A DNA stretch of 64,000 nt, from contig CAVXWP010000008.1 of assembly GCA_963765495.1 (NCBI GenBank), forward strand, positions 288,001 through 352,000. The letters are read 5' to 3'. The notes beneath the pieces were generated by a model, which was given only the letters and a program-made list of their open reading frames with translations, did not search any database and was not told the origin of the DNA. Both the position numbers and the translations under genes were made by a program. Positions 1 through 10,117 of this stretch are shown in pieces (within the stretch, counting starts at the first letter, position 1; each line of letters opens with the position of its first letter). Origin of the DNA: Blastocatellia bacterium. Lineage in GTDB: Bacteria; Acidobacteriota; Blastocatellia; UBA7656.

Positions 1-671
1 TGGCCGTTCCAATAGTGGATGATGAGGACAAACTTGTCGGCATCGTCACGGTTGATGACGTGCTGGATGTATTACAGGATGAAGTAGCGGAGGACCTTCT
101 TGCGCTCGCCGGTGTCGCCACGGAAGAACATATTTCAACGAGCGCGCGGCGTTCGCTCAGGTTGCGCGCACCGTGGTTGATGGTAAATCTTGCCACAGCT
201 TTTCTTACTTCTTACGTGATCTCTCAGTTTGTAGGAACCTTTGAACGCCTGCCCGTCCTTGCCGCGCTTGTGTCGATCCCAAATGGAATGGCCGGGAATG
301 CCGCCACACAGACAGTCACTGTAATAGTCAGAGGCATCGCCTTGAATGAGATGTCGAAGCTCTCCTGGACTGCGCTGAAGGAGATGGCTGTCGGTGCAGG
401 TAATGGTTTGATAAACGGTTTGATTTGCGCTACGGTCGTCAGCCTCTATTACAGGAACATCTGGTTAGGCATAGTTCTTTCCATGGCAATGGTCATGAAT
501 CTTACGATTGCCGGACTGGCCGGGACATTGATTCCGGTCGCGCTAAAAAAGATCAAGGTTGACCCGGCGGTTGCCTCGTCCGTCTTTGTTACCACATGTA
601 CGGATGTGGCGGGCTCATTCTGTTTTCTTGGTCTTGCTACTCTCTTTCTAAATCTGCTGGCATCGAAATAA
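1..671 (+). CDS. mgtE: Magnesium transporter MgtE, C-terminal part (5' end outside the window)
   Basis: The end of a CBS domain (LVGIVTVDDVLD) is followed by MgtE membrane motifs R(A)PWL, GNAATQT, DPAVASS and VTTCTDV. The frame is open to the window edge. Confidence 0.92.
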   Translation, partial: AVPIVDDEDKLVGIVTVDDVLDVLQDEVAEDLLALAGVATEEHISTSARRSLRLRAPWLMVNLATAFLTSYVISQFVGTFERLPVLAALVSIPNGMAGNAATQTVTVIVRGIALNEMSKLSWTALKEMAVGAGNGLINGLICATVVSLYYRNIWLGIVLSMAMVMNLTIAGLAGTLIPVALKKIKVDPAVASSVFVTTCTDVAGSFCFLGLATLFLNLLASK

Positions 672-685
672 AGCATTCGCATTAT

Positions 686-2122
686 TCAAAGAAGCCGTCT
701 GAACAGATTGAACCCGATTATGAATTTGCTCGGCGGCAGGACCAGATTGCTCGAATTATAGCGACTCGTCGTTGTCGTCTGCGTATTTGAGAATGTCAAA
801 GAGAACGTGTGTCGCCCGAGACGTTTCTCGATGCCAAACCCGATCTCAGGTTCCGATCTGTTCTTAAAGCCTGTGATCTGTGTGAAATCTTCGTTAAAGA
901 GAGGTTCGACGCGCCCAAGTTTGAACCCGATCCGTGGTGTGTATTCGAACACCAGCGAAGCCGTAGGCCGAATCCGCGCATTTACGCCAAATCCAAATGA
1001 CCCCGTATTCGTGCCAAGCTCAAACTTATCGGCGAGCGGGACAGGCGGGAAGAAATTTTCGGATCGAGGGTTGAACCGTCTCTGCCCGTTTGAATTAATA
1101 TGAATCGCCGGCGCAAAGAAGAGATTGACATACTCGGTCACGCTTCGCGCAATCATCGCCTGAAGGTTATAGGTAAACTCTTCCTTGAAATTGTTGTTGC
1201 CCTCGATGCTTGCGTAGGCTGAAAGCGCAACAGGCGAGCGGCCCGCTTCGTCAAGCAGGTGGTAACCCAATCCGATTTCTATAGTCTTGCACAAACCCGG
1301 CTGACAGACAGGCGAACGGTATGCATTGACATAGAGCCTGTCCGTTATCCCAAATGTAAATCCAAAGGATGAGACCGAGAAGCCGTCCAGTCCAAACAGG
1401 TTTTCGAACTGCTCGCCGAAGGTGCGGTTATCTTCGTTTATGGGGGTCGAAAACCTGTGATTGAAATAGACGTTCAGGCTGTGGCGCGGCACCCGCTTCG
1501 GGGTAGGCACATTTACCAGATGATAACCATAAGCTTCTACTGTGCGATGAGTCGCTTTTTGCTCGACTCCGGCGGGTTGCGTCCGACTGGTTTCTGTTCC
1601 GGGCGGCGTTTCGGAATCGTCAAGTCGAGTTACAGTCTTACTTGCGGTATCGATTCTGATTCGTTCGCCGTTCGATTCGACGATCACTACCCCTGAATCA
1701 TCATCTGCAAACCGGACGTTTATCTTTGACTCGGGAGAAACCTCGCCGTCAGTGACTATTATTTCTCCGCTCATGTTTTTGTGACCATCGCCGCAAATCA
1801 CCGAACAATAGAAACGGAACTTTCCATCGTGATCGGGTGTGAAGGTGACCTCTCTCGACTGGCCTGCGGGAATCTTCTTATCTATGCCGAGATCGTCAAT
1901 CGCAAAACCGTGATCCACATCCATTGATGTGATTATCAGCTTCACAGGTTTCCCGTTTCGCAGGGTGATGGTCCGGGGTTGGAATTCAAACTGTCTGGCT
2001 GTGATATGAATCTCTCGGGTTTGAGCGTCATCTGTTCCCAGATTCTCAGCCGCCGCCTTTTCAGATGTGAACCCGAGCAACAGGAAAATCAATCCCCCAA
2101 GGCTCAATTTCGTTATAGTCAC
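686..2122 (-). CDS. Exported CuA-type cupredoxin domain fused to a probable outer-membrane beta-barrel (DUF5777-like)
   Basis: Signal peptide; cupredoxin with DVDHGF and CSVICGDGHKNM; C-terminal ~280 aa of alternating amphipathic strands (HRF, GFGIEKRLGRHTFSLTFSN, FIIGFNLFR). Confidence 0.75.
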   Translation of the reverse strand: MTITKLSLGGLIFLLLGFTSEKAAAENLGTDDAQTREIHITARQFEFQPRTITLRNGKPVKLIITSMDVDHGFAIDDLGIDKKIPAGQSREVTFTPDHDGKFRFYCSVICGDGHKNMSGEIIVTDGEVSPESKINVRFADDDSGVVIVESNGERIRIDTASKTVTRLDDSETPPGTETSRTQPAGVEQKATHRTVEAYGYHLVNVPTPKRVPRHSLNVYFNHRFSTPINEDNRTFGEQFENLFGLDGFSVSSFGFTFGITDRLYVNAYRSPVCQPGLCKTIEIGLGYHLLDEAGRSPVALSAYASIEGNNNFKEEFTYNLQAMIARSVTEYVNLFFAPAIHINSNGQRRFNPRSENFFPPVPLADKFELGTNTGSFGFGVNARIRPTASLVFEYTPRIGFKLGRVEPLFNEDFTQITGFKNRSEPEIGFGIEKRLGRHTFSLTFSNTQTTTTSRYNSSNLVLPPSKFIIGFNLFRRLL

Positions 2123-2239
2123 TTTGTTCTCCTCCGTCCTTCATGATTGCGCAGATGGTTTTGAGTTAGTCATAACCTGTTTTAGACGTATAATAACGAA
2201 TCCGAGCCTGAATTTTCTTTGCAAAGGGAGAAAAAGTAA

Positions 2240-3142
2240 ATGTCAAAGGGATCGGCAAAGAGCAAGAAGCCTTCGGCAAAGGCCAGGCGACAGAAGCGGT
2301 CGTTTCCTTTTTGGATAATCGTTCTTGTTATTGCCGTCGGGTTAGCGATCCTGGTTTTTACTTCAACGCGGTCGGGTTCGGGTGGCAAGACGGAATCGAC
2401 CCCGGCGGGTGATTCTCAATCGAATTCACTCTCACCGAGGATGGCCACACCTGTAGCCTATGACGTAGTAGGAGATTTCCCTCACGACCCTGATGCGTTC
2501 TTGCAGGGGCTCCTCTGGCATCAGGGCAGCTTTTATGAAAGCACAGGGCTTCTGGGCCGTTCCACGCTTCGGCACGTAGAATACCCTTCGGGGAAAGTAT
2601 TGAAATCCGTGAATCTGCCGCCTGACATTTTCGGCGAAGGGCTTGCGGTGGTTGACAATCGTCTCATTCAACTCACGTGGAAGGCTCATAAAGGGTTTGT
2701 CTATGATCTGGAGACGATGAATCTGCTACGAGAATTTCCATACGATACGGAAGGGTGGGGGATAACATTTGACGGGAAAAATCTGATAATGAGCGACGGA
2801 AGCGCCACGCTGACCTATCTCGACCCTCAGACATTTAAGCCAGTAAAGAAAATATCTGTGACGATGAACGGCAGGTCTATGGACCAGCTCAACGAGCTTG
2901 AGTTTATCGAAGGCGAGATATGGTCAAATGTGTGGCAGACCGACTTGATTCTGCGAATCGACCCGGCGACAGGGCAGGTCAAATCGTTTCTTGATATGAA
3001 AGGGCTGCTGTCTGCCCAGACGCGCTCGGGCAGCGAGGACGTGCTAAACGGCATCGCCTATGACCCCGAGGCAAAACGAATTTTTGTAAGCGGAAAGCTC
3101 TGGCCTCGCGTTTATGAAATTCGCATAAAGTCCGAACACTGA
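2240..3142 (+). CDS. Glutaminyl-peptide cyclotransferase (bacterial/plant-type glutaminyl cyclase), membrane anchored
   Basis: Motifs PHDPDAFLQGL, YESTG, FGEGL, QLTW, EGWG, MSDGS, LNELE, NVWQTD, VLNGIAYD and GKLWP; N-terminal basic stretch plus a TM helix. Confidence 0.93.
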   Translation: MSKGSAKSKKPSAKARRQKRSFPFWIIVLVIAVGLAILVFTSTRSGSGGKTESTPAGDSQSNSLSPRMATPVAYDVVGDFPHDPDAFLQGLLWHQGSFYESTGLLGRSTLRHVEYPSGKVLKSVNLPPDIFGEGLAVVDNRLIQLTWKAHKGFVYDLETMNLLREFPYDTEGWGITFDGKNLIMSDGSATLTYLDPQTFKPVKKISVTMNGRSMDQLNELEFIEGEIWSNVWQTDLILRIDPATGQVKSFLDMKGLLSAQTRSGSEDVLNGIAYDPEAKRIFVSGKLWPRVYEIRIKSEH

Positions 3143-3157
3143 TTCGGTGAAGAGCGA

Positions 3158-3226
3158 GACAGGATTAACAGAGATTAGATTGGATTGAACAAGATTCTTG
3201 AATAATCCAAATCAGTTCTATCAATC
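3158..3226. repeat. Degenerate GACAGGATT/AATCC-type intergenic palindrome between convergent genes
   Basis: gacaggattaacagagattagattggatt...aataatccaaatc: repeated GATT units mirrored by AATC units. Confidence 0.4.
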
Positions 3227-5291
3227 ATTCATCCAGCCTTGCGGCCAATTCCTCGCGGCTCGTCGCCGGGGCCAGACAGGTATAGTTCCGGCAGACATAA
3301 GCCGTTGCCTTACCTTCTACCTCGCTGCGGTCGGCAAGCAGATGTATCGAGCGTGCGGCATCGGTTTCCTCCGGCCCACGTAGAGCCAGAACCTTGTTCG
3401 GGATATAACGAGAGTAAATCTCTTCGATGAATGCTCTGACCTCGTGCGAATCCGCATCGCCTACGAGTGCAATCTCTTTTGGCTCCGACAGGTAAAAATC
3501 GAGCGCGCAGAGCAGATACCCGAATCCGCTTGAGTAGCGTGCCATTGTATCGCGCATGATTCGCAGCACGGAGGCAGACTTGCGTTGATATTCGCCCTCG
3601 CTTACCAGAAGCCCAAGTCTTTGAAGCGCGAGGGCCGCGACAGAGTTTCCCGATGGGATTGCGTTATCGAAATAGTCTTTTGTGCGAGTGATAAGGGCTT
3701 CGTGATCCGACGATGTGAAGAAGAACCCGCCTTCCGAATCGTCCCAGAACTGCCCGATCAGCGTATCGGCAAGCCCCCGCGCCGTTTCAAAATATTTCAA
3801 ATCGAAAGTCGCTTCATAGAGCGCAAGCAATCCCTCAATAACAAAAGCATAGTCCTCAAGATAGCCGTTCAGCTTCGCCTGATCATCCTTGTATGTCCTG
3901 AGCATGCGGCCCTCTTTCATTAAATTGTTTAAGAGGAAATCGCCGTTACGCCGGGCCACCTCTCGATAATCATCTCGCCCCAGGATGTTTGCGGCCTCGG
4001 CGAAGGCTGTGAGCATAAGTCCATTCCATGCCGCGAGCATCTTATCGTCTCGTCCGGGCCGCACGCGGGTTTCACGTTCATAGAAAAGTCGCTTTTTACC
4101 TGCGGAAATGATTCTTTTCAATTCCTGAGGTTCGATACTGTTTTCACCGGCCACCGCTTCAATAGAGCGCGGAGTGTTGAGGATTGACTTGCCGTGCTCA
4201 AAATTTCCGCCCTCCGTCACGTCAAAATAGCGACAGAAAATCTCACCTTCTTCCTCGCCCAGAAGCGTCAATATCTGGTCGCGGGTCCAGACATAAAACT
4301 TGCCCTCTTCGCCTTCGCTATCGGCATCCTCCGACGAATAGAAACCGCCGGAGCTATCCGTCAGATCGCGGATGACATATTCGAAAGTCTCTTCCGCCAC
4401 CCGGCGATACTCCGGCTTGCCCGTTGCCTGATAGGCATACAGGTAGATGCGAGAGAGCAGGGCATTGTCATAAAGCATCTTTTCAAAGTGAGGAACCAGC
4501 CAGTGGGCATCAACCGAGTAGCGGGCGAACCCTCCGCCGAGGTGGTCGTACATCCCGCCCGAAGCCATCTTTTGCAGGGTCGTCTCAACCATCTCAAGCG
4601 CATCCACCGACCCCGTTCGCTTATGGTAGCGGAGAAGAAACATGAGGCTCATAGAAGGAGGGAATTTTGGCGCATTGCCAAATCCGCCGTTTACGCGGTC
4701 AAAGCTTTTCGACATCGTCACGTATGCCTGAGTCAACAGATCGGCGGTCAATAAATCCGATGATGCGCGGAAGCTTCCTGCCTTCTTCAATTCCGCCGTA
4801 ATGGCATTGGCGCTCTGTGTGATTTCGCCTCTTTTGGTCTTGTATGCATCCGACACCCCCATAAGAATTCGCGGAAAGCCGGGCATTCCTTGTCTGTCTG
4901 TGGGCGGAAAGTAGGTCCCTCCGTAAAATGGTTTTAACTCGGGAGTGAGAAACATCGTCATAGGCCAGCCGCCGCCGCCTGTCATCATCTGCACAGCATT
5001 CATGTAAATCGTATCGAGATCGGGTCTTTCTTCCCTGTCTACTTTTATGCAGATGAAATTCTCATTCATCAATCGAGCTATCTCTTCGTCTTCAAATGAT
5101 TCGTGCTCCATGACGTGGCACCAGTGACAGGCGGAGTACCCGATTGAAAGCAGAATTGGCTTATCCTCGCCTACGGCGGTTTCAAGCGCTTCCGGCCCCC
5201 ACGGATACCAGTCCACAGGGTTGTGCGCGTGCTGCAATAGATACGGGCTTGTTTCGTTGATCAGCCTGTTTGTATGACGGTTCTCTCCCAT
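3225..5291 (-). CDS. Thioredoxin-domain protein of the YyaL/SSP411 (DUF255) family
   Basis: [43 protein letters not shown] and [10 protein letters not shown]. Start moved to the ATG at 5291, which follows a GGGAGA RBS. Confidence 0.93.
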   Translation of the reverse strand: MGENRHTNRLINETSPYLLQHAHNPVDWYPWGPEALETAVGEDKPILLSIGYSACHWCHVMEHESFEDEEIARLMNENFICIKVDREERPDLDTIYMNAVQMMTGGGGWPMTMFLTPELKPFYGGTYFPPTDRQGMPGFPRILMGVSDAYKTKRGEITQSANAITAELKKAGSFRASSDLLTADLLTQAYVTMSKSFDRVNGGFGNAPKFPPSMSLMFLLRYHKRTGSVDALEMVETTLQKMASGGMYDHLGGGFARYSVDAHWLVPHFEKMLYDNALLSRIYLYAYQATGKPEYRRVAEETFEYVIRDLTDSSGGFYSSEDADSEGEEGKFYVWTRDQILTLLGEEEGEIFCRYFDVTEGGNFEHGKSILNTPRSIEAVAGENSIEPQELKRIISAGKKRLFYERETRVRPGRDDKMLAAWNGLMLTAFAEAANILGRDDYREVARRNGDFLLNNLMKEGRMLRTYKDDQAKLNGYLEDYAFVIEGLLALYEATFDLKYFETARGLADTLIGQFWDDSEGGFFFTSSDHEALITRTKDYFDNAIPSGNSVAALALQRLGLLVSEGEYQRKSASVLRIMRDTMARYSSGFGYLLCALDFYLSEPKEIALVGDADSHEVRAFIEEIYSRYIPNKVLALRGPEETDAARSIHLLADRSEVEGKATAYVCRNYTCLAPATSREELAARLDE

Positions 5292-5366
5292 TTCACTCTC
5301 CCTTTTACGTTTTGTATCAAGAGATGAACTATACTGATTTGCATTTCCAATAGCCAGCACACGGGT

Positions 5367-5415
5367 ACCGGCAGAAGACCAGTTATGAAACAGATATGTC
5401 TGATCTTCTGCCGGT
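5367..5415. terminator. Inverted-repeat hairpin, probable terminator of the upstream minus-strand gene
   Basis: 12-bp perfect arms, accggcagaaga ... tcttctgccggt. Confidence 0.55.
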
Positions 5416-5444
5416 TTATAAAATGCTTTTCTGTAGTTGGGAGA

Positions 5445-6632
5445 TTACCAGGGAGCTACCGTGGCTCCGAATGAAGCGCGGACTCGCTTGCCGGTAGTGT
5501 CTTCGCCCGAAGCGATGCAGACGACTCTGCCACGCCAGTCGCTTTCTCTTGCTCCCGGCATTTCGAGACTGACCGTGAATGTAAGCATCCCTCCCGCTCC
5601 AAGAAAATAGGGGAAGCCTAAAGCCTGATTGTGGCGCTCGCCGCTTGCCGAAAGGGCCGAGATCGTCAGCCGGTCCCATCGCAATGCGCGGCCTGCTCGT
5701 TCACGCAGATTGAACGTCAGGTCGTATCTGTAACCTGAGGAGGATTGTCTGGGTCTTACCCTGATCAGATCAGCCCACACTCGACCATCGGTAGCCTCGG
5801 AAGGCACAGGGGCAGAGACATCTATCACCCTTCTCGGCTGGGTCTGGGGAGAGTGCGTTTTATCCTCCGCCCCGACATTGCCCGGCATCTGTGCCGACCT
5901 CTGCTCTTTACCGGCGAGCTTTGAAACCGAGGATTCGACCTGTGATGGCCTGGTTTCGGCAGGCTCCTGCGTCTGTGCTATCTGACCCTGCTGGTTTGAG
6001 TCTTTTGAATCTGCGGTGGCTGTCTCTTCCTCTACGAAATCCCTGGCCTCCTCAGGAGTCGTTATGAGAGGCGACACGGTCTCCGGCTCCTCAATTTTGC
6101 CGGTCACTCCAGCCGGTTGAGGTGTGGGATTGCGTCTTACACCCACAAACAGCGTGTAGACCGCAATCAACCCGAAGACAATTAACCCGATCAAGATCAA
6201 AAATGCGGCTATGCGAAGGCTGTCAGGTCTCGTTTCTTCAATCGATTCTTCGGGGAACGGTGGCTCAAGCGTTTCATCCACAACCTCATAACCCCGAACA
6301 TTGCTCTCTGCTGGCGGGGAAAACTCCTCATCAACCGGAGTCTCTTGAATGAATTCCTCAGGGGGTTCGAGAAGTTCCTTTTCCTCTGTCAAAACCTCCG
6401 GGACGGGTTCTGAAATTTGCTCTTTGGCGGGGGAGGGAATCGAGCCCGCTCTGTTCCGCAATTTAGAGATTGGCTTTCGATCTGTAAGCCGGATTCCATC
6501 AGCGGGACAAAGCTCGAATGTCAGGGGGTACTCGCCCGCGCAGGCGGGACAATAGAGCAGGGGGCTATGGCTCGCCTTAACCCCCGATTCCACATTTTTC
6601 AGCACAAAAGCCTCTACTAAATCATTCGCCAT
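5445..6632 (-). CDS. Hypothetical bitopic membrane protein with an N-terminal zinc ribbon
   Basis: CPAC-x9-CPADG, an acidic Pro-rich linker, one TM helix (IAAFLILIGLIVFGLIAVYTLFV) and a C-terminal beta-rich domain. Confidence 0.7.
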   Translation of the reverse strand: MANDLVEAFVLKNVESGVKASHSPLLYCPACAGEYPLTFELCPADGIRLTDRKPISKLRNRAGSIPSPAKEQISEPVPEVLTEEKELLEPPEEFIQETPVDEEFSPPAESNVRGYEVVDETLEPPFPEESIEETRPDSLRIAAFLILIGLIVFGLIAVYTLFVGVRRNPTPQPAGVTGKIEEPETVSPLITTPEEARDFVEEETATADSKDSNQQGQIAQTQEPAETRPSQVESSVSKLAGKEQRSAQMPGNVGAEDKTHSPQTQPRRVIDVSAPVPSEATDGRVWADLIRVRPRQSSSGYRYDLTFNLRERAGRALRWDRLTISALSASGERHNQALGFPYFLGAGGMLTFTVSLEMPGARESDWRGRVVCIASGEDTTGKRVRASFGATVAPW

Positions 6633-6887
6633 AAAGCCCTCAGAGCGACAATCTGTTTCCTGTTGACCGTGATTTATCCATCAAAAACGGTACTTCAAAC
6701 AAAGGGAACTTACTTGTTCGAGATGCGTTTGCGCTCGACAGGGGTTGCCCGGACAGGAACCGTACAAAAGGCACTGGACAGACGGCCCCGGCCTGACCTT
6801 GGGATGAATCCGAACGGGTTCCCGAGAAAAAGGTTAGTAATACTAAATATTGCGATTATGGCGAGAACTCAGTTATTCTTTAGGGTG

Positions 6888-7475
6888 ATGCGAACACACT
6901 TAAATGTATCGAGGCGGCCCTTTATCAATCACAGGTTGTTCTGGATCGCGATGCTGTCTATTTTCTTTATAAGCCTCTGGCTTGGTCTATGGATAGCAGC
7001 CGAAAAATCGCGGGTCAGCGCACAGATTGTCGAGGTGAAGAATAAAATCAAATCCACATCCGAGATGGCTGAAGCTGCCAGACAGGAGGAGGCTCGCCGT
7101 CAGCAGGAGAATCAAAAGATTGTCCTGACCGAGCAGCAAGTCTACGAGCTTGCTGCGGCCCGGCAATTGATCGAAGATAAATCACTATCTTGGAACAGGG
7201 TGCTCGGCGACATTGAGAGATATGTCCCCAAGAACGCGCACATAACCGACATCGCGATGGGCGAAGTCTATGACGCGGGCTCAGGGGCCACCGCGAGGGT
7301 AGAGATCAAGGCGGCTGGTCAGTCCGTTGCAGAGATGACTGAGATGATGGATAAGCTTGAGAAATCAAACGGCCTGTTTATCATAGATCAAGCCACGCAG
7401 TCACAGGCCGAAGGCGGCGAGGTTCCTTTCACTCTTCAGCTCACCTATGTACCTTCGAGAGGAGGCGCACAATGA
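6888..7475 (+). CDS. PilN/GspL-like assembly protein
   Basis: N-terminal LNVSRRPF (PilN INLL-like), TM helix, coiled coil, and SWNRVLGDIERYVPKNAHIT ferredoxin-like fold. Overlaps the next gene (ATGA). Confidence 0.7.
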   Translation: MRTHLNVSRRPFINHRLFWIAMLSIFFISLWLGLWIAAEKSRVSAQIVEVKNKIKSTSEMAEAARQEEARRQQENQKIVLTEQQVYELAAARQLIEDKSLSWNRVLGDIERYVPKNAHITDIAMGEVYDAGSGATARVEIKAAGQSVAEMTEMMDKLEKSNGLFIIDQATQSQAEGGEVPFTLQLTYVPSRGGAQ

Positions 7476-8179
7476 GCAGTCAGGTTCGTGATCGTGTTTC
7501 GCGCCTTGAGGTTAGAGCGCCCGGGATCAAACCGAGACCTTTTGGTCTCACAAACGGTGAGATCATAGTCGCCGTGGCCGTGCTTTTATTCTTTGTCCTT
7601 GTAGTCACTTACTATTTCGCTTCGCTGAAACCTGACCTTGAGCAGTTGCGCGTCCTTCAGGCCCAGGCATCCGAGCAACAGATTCAGATTCTAAAGAGCC
7701 AGACCCAGACAGGGGGCGAAGGTCAGAGCGCGCCGGATACGACAAGAGACGCATTGCAGACTCTCGAAGAGTTTGAGACCAGACATTTAAAACCGCTTGC
7801 TCAAGGCAGGATCGCGATCATTGATGAGATCAATTCGCTTTCCAAAAAGAGTAATGTCAATTTGATTTCCGGCGTTGATATGAAGCTTGATCGTCCGGGT
7901 CAGCAGGAGAAGAAAAAAGAGTCGAGCCGCAAACAGATCGAGCAGATGTTGGATGTGTATCCAAAGCTTTCTGTGAGATTCACGGTTGCAGGTGAGTATC
8001 AAAACCTCAGAGAGTTTATAAACGCGCTCGATCACAGCGGGCAATTCATGGTCATACATTCGGTCTCGCTCACGAGCATTCAAGAAAGAGCTTCCTCAAG
8101 CGGCGGGGGGCGGCGAGTTTCATCTCAAGCTTCGGGGCTGTCGCTTTCGATAGATCTTTTAGCATATTTTCAGCCCTGA
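7472..8179 (+). CDS. PilO/GspM-like assembly protein
   Basis: TM helix, coiled coil and VAGEYQNLREFINALD, which matches the PilO G-Y-x-x-L-x-x-F motif. Confidence 0.75.
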   Translation: MSSQVRDRVSRLEVRAPGIKPRPFGLTNGEIIVAVAVLLFFVLVVTYYFASLKPDLEQLRVLQAQASEQQIQILKSQTQTGGEGQSAPDTTRDALQTLEEFETRHLKPLAQGRIAIIDEINSLSKKSNVNLISGVDMKLDRPGQQEKKKESSRKQIEQMLDVYPKLSVRFTVAGEYQNLREFINALDHSGQFMVIHSVSLTSIQERASSSGGGRRVSSQASGLSLSIDLLAYFQP

Positions 8180-8213
8180 TAAGCAATTTTCCGTTTGAGT
8201 TATTCAAGAGAGT

Positions 8214-9074
8214 ATGGGGATGTCAAAAAGTAGCGCTTCGGCCGACAAAAAGAAAAAGATTGCTGTTGTTGTCCTGTTTTCGCTGATGGGCATAGTATTC
8301 ATTTATGAGATGTTTTTTACCAAGCCCACTCCCAGAAGCAACAAGGCTGCGCAAAATGCGAGTCCCACGCCTCAAGCGCAGCCAAATGTTCCGACTGCAA
8401 AACAACCGCTTGCGTCGGGACGCGCTCCTGTTGATGAAGAGGCATTGTTTCAGCAACGGCTCGCCGATACGTCTCCACTAAACCTGGCCGTGCTTACATC
8501 TTCGACAGGGAGCGCAAAAGTAAGCGAGCGGGGAAATATCTTTGCCAACTGGGTGCCGCCTCCCGAGCCTGCGCCACCGCCACCGCCGCCGCCGCCGATT
8601 ACCTTGCAGTTGATTCAGCCACAGAGCGCCATTGCCAGTACCCCGCGCCCGCTCACGGTGGCCGTCAGAGGCGTAGGCTTTCCGCCCGATGCCCAGATCA
8701 TAATCGAAGGCCGCCCGCGTCCGACAAAACGGGTCAATGATACGATGCTGTCTACGGATTTAGCGCCGCAGGATTATTCGTCTCCTCGCAACATGACCGT
8801 AGAGGTAAAGTCTCAAAGCGAGCCTGCAAAGCTTTACTCGAACACGATCCCTTTTATCGTGCAGCCGCCGCCTGAACCGGGATTCAAGTACATCGGGAGG
8901 ATCGGCCCGCTCGGCGTCTTTGAAATAACCAGCAGTAAAGAGGTGGTAAGGGCCGGAGTAGGCGGGACAGTTCAGGGCGTCTGGCGGATTGATGCGATAA
9001 GCGATACGGCCGTAGAATTGACTCAAACACAGTATGAAATAAAGAGAAGACTCACGCTGCCGGATAAGTTCTGA
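8214..9074 (+). CDS. PilP/GspC-like protein with a polyproline linker and an IPT/TIG-like domain
   Basis: TM helix, RGNIF, poly-Pro, an Ig-like segment (VRGVGFPPDAQIIIEG) and a C-terminal KYIG...G.TVQGVWRIDAI HR-like domain; operon position. Confidence 0.55.
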   Translation: MGMSKSSASADKKKKIAVVVLFSLMGIVFIYEMFFTKPTPRSNKAAQNASPTPQAQPNVPTAKQPLASGRAPVDEEALFQQRLADTSPLNLAVLTSSTGSAKVSERGNIFANWVPPPEPAPPPPPPPPITLQLIQPQSAIASTPRPLTVAVRGVGFPPDAQIIIEGRPRPTKRVNDTMLSTDLAPQDYSSPRNMTVEVKSQSEPAKLYSNTIPFIVQPPPEPGFKYIGRIGPLGVFEITSSKEVVRAGVGGTVQGVWRIDAISDTAVELTQTQYEIKRRLTLPDKF

Positions 9075-9087
9075 TAGAGTATCTATT

Positions 9088-10095
9088 ATGAAAGTTGTGT
9101 TGCAAAAAGAATCTGCCTTCCAGAAGGACCGACATCCAGGAAACGTTTATGAAGACGAGCGCGGCTGGGCCTTGCTCGGCATGATTCTTGCGCTTTCGAT
9201 CCTCAGTATTGTTCTGGTCTCGTCGGTTGCCCCAAACGTTGCATTTCAGGTCCGACGCGACAAGGAAGCCGAAATGATCTATCGGGGCGAACAGATGGCA
9301 GAAGGTATAGCCCGCTATTACGGCAACGGCACCCTCGTACCTTTGACCATCCAGCAACCGCCACCCTACGGTTATCTGCTGGATCTGAAGAAACTCCGGG
9401 ACGGGGTTACGGTAGGCGTAGTCGATAAAAAGTTTGTGCGGGCCTCCGCGATGATTGATGCCTTGACCAGCGAAGAGTGGGAACCTGTGCGGCTCCGGGA
9501 CCCGAGGATTGCCAATGCGTTGCAAGTATATTCAACTCAGCCCGACACGGTAATTCCGCAGTCATATATGTTACTGGCCGGGCCACCCGCCCCGCTTAAA
9601 GTAATAAAACCAGCAACAGGATCAGATTCAAATCCTCCCGGTGGTCAGGTTATTCAGCCAACGCAGCCGAGTGGTTCGGTATCAGGCGGCAATCAGCAAG
9701 ACTCGGACGATAGTGACGATACGGATGATAACACCGATGGAACCGATGGGAATGTAGGGACTAACCCGGGAATCACGAATCCCGGCAGCACCGGGAACGT
9801 CTCAAATCAGGGTCAGCGAGTCTTAGGAGACGCCGAAGAGAAGGCAAGAGACCCTTTCGCTCACTTTTTTGAAGACGGAAAGTTTTCGAAAAACAATACG
9901 AATTTGCCGATAGTCGGCGTTGCCACCAAGATGAAAGGAAAGTCGATTCGTTCCTACAAGGGATTGAATAATTATGAAGAGTGGGTGTTCATCTACGTTC
10001 CAAAGGTGCTGGAACTGCAACGCTCGGCAACCTTGCCCCAGACCAACCCGATACAGCCTACTCAGACCAGACGGCAACGGCGCAATAATCCATAA
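9088..10095 (+). CDS. Large pseudopilin-like type II secretion/T4P protein (GspK/PilX-like)
   Basis: Prepilin-like cleavage site ERG|WALLGMILALSILSIVL lacking Glu5; RDKEAEMIYRGEQ, PIVGVA and YEEWVF. Confidence 0.7.
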   Translation: MKVVLQKESAFQKDRHPGNVYEDERGWALLGMILALSILSIVLVSSVAPNVAFQVRRDKEAEMIYRGEQMAEGIARYYGNGTLVPLTIQQPPPYGYLLDLKKLRDGVTVGVVDKKFVRASAMIDALTSEEWEPVRLRDPRIANALQVYSTQPDTVIPQSYMLLAGPPAPLKVIKPATGSDSNPPGGQVIQPTQPSGSVSGGNQQDSDDSDDTDDNTDGTDGNVGTNPGITNPGSTGNVSNQGQRVLGDAEEKARDPFAHFFEDGKFSKNNTNLPIVGVATKMKGKSIRSYKGLNNYEEWVFIYVPKVLELQRSATLPQTNPIQPTQTRRQRRNNP

Positions 10096-10117
10096 TCGGG
10101 TTTATTGATTTAAGGGT

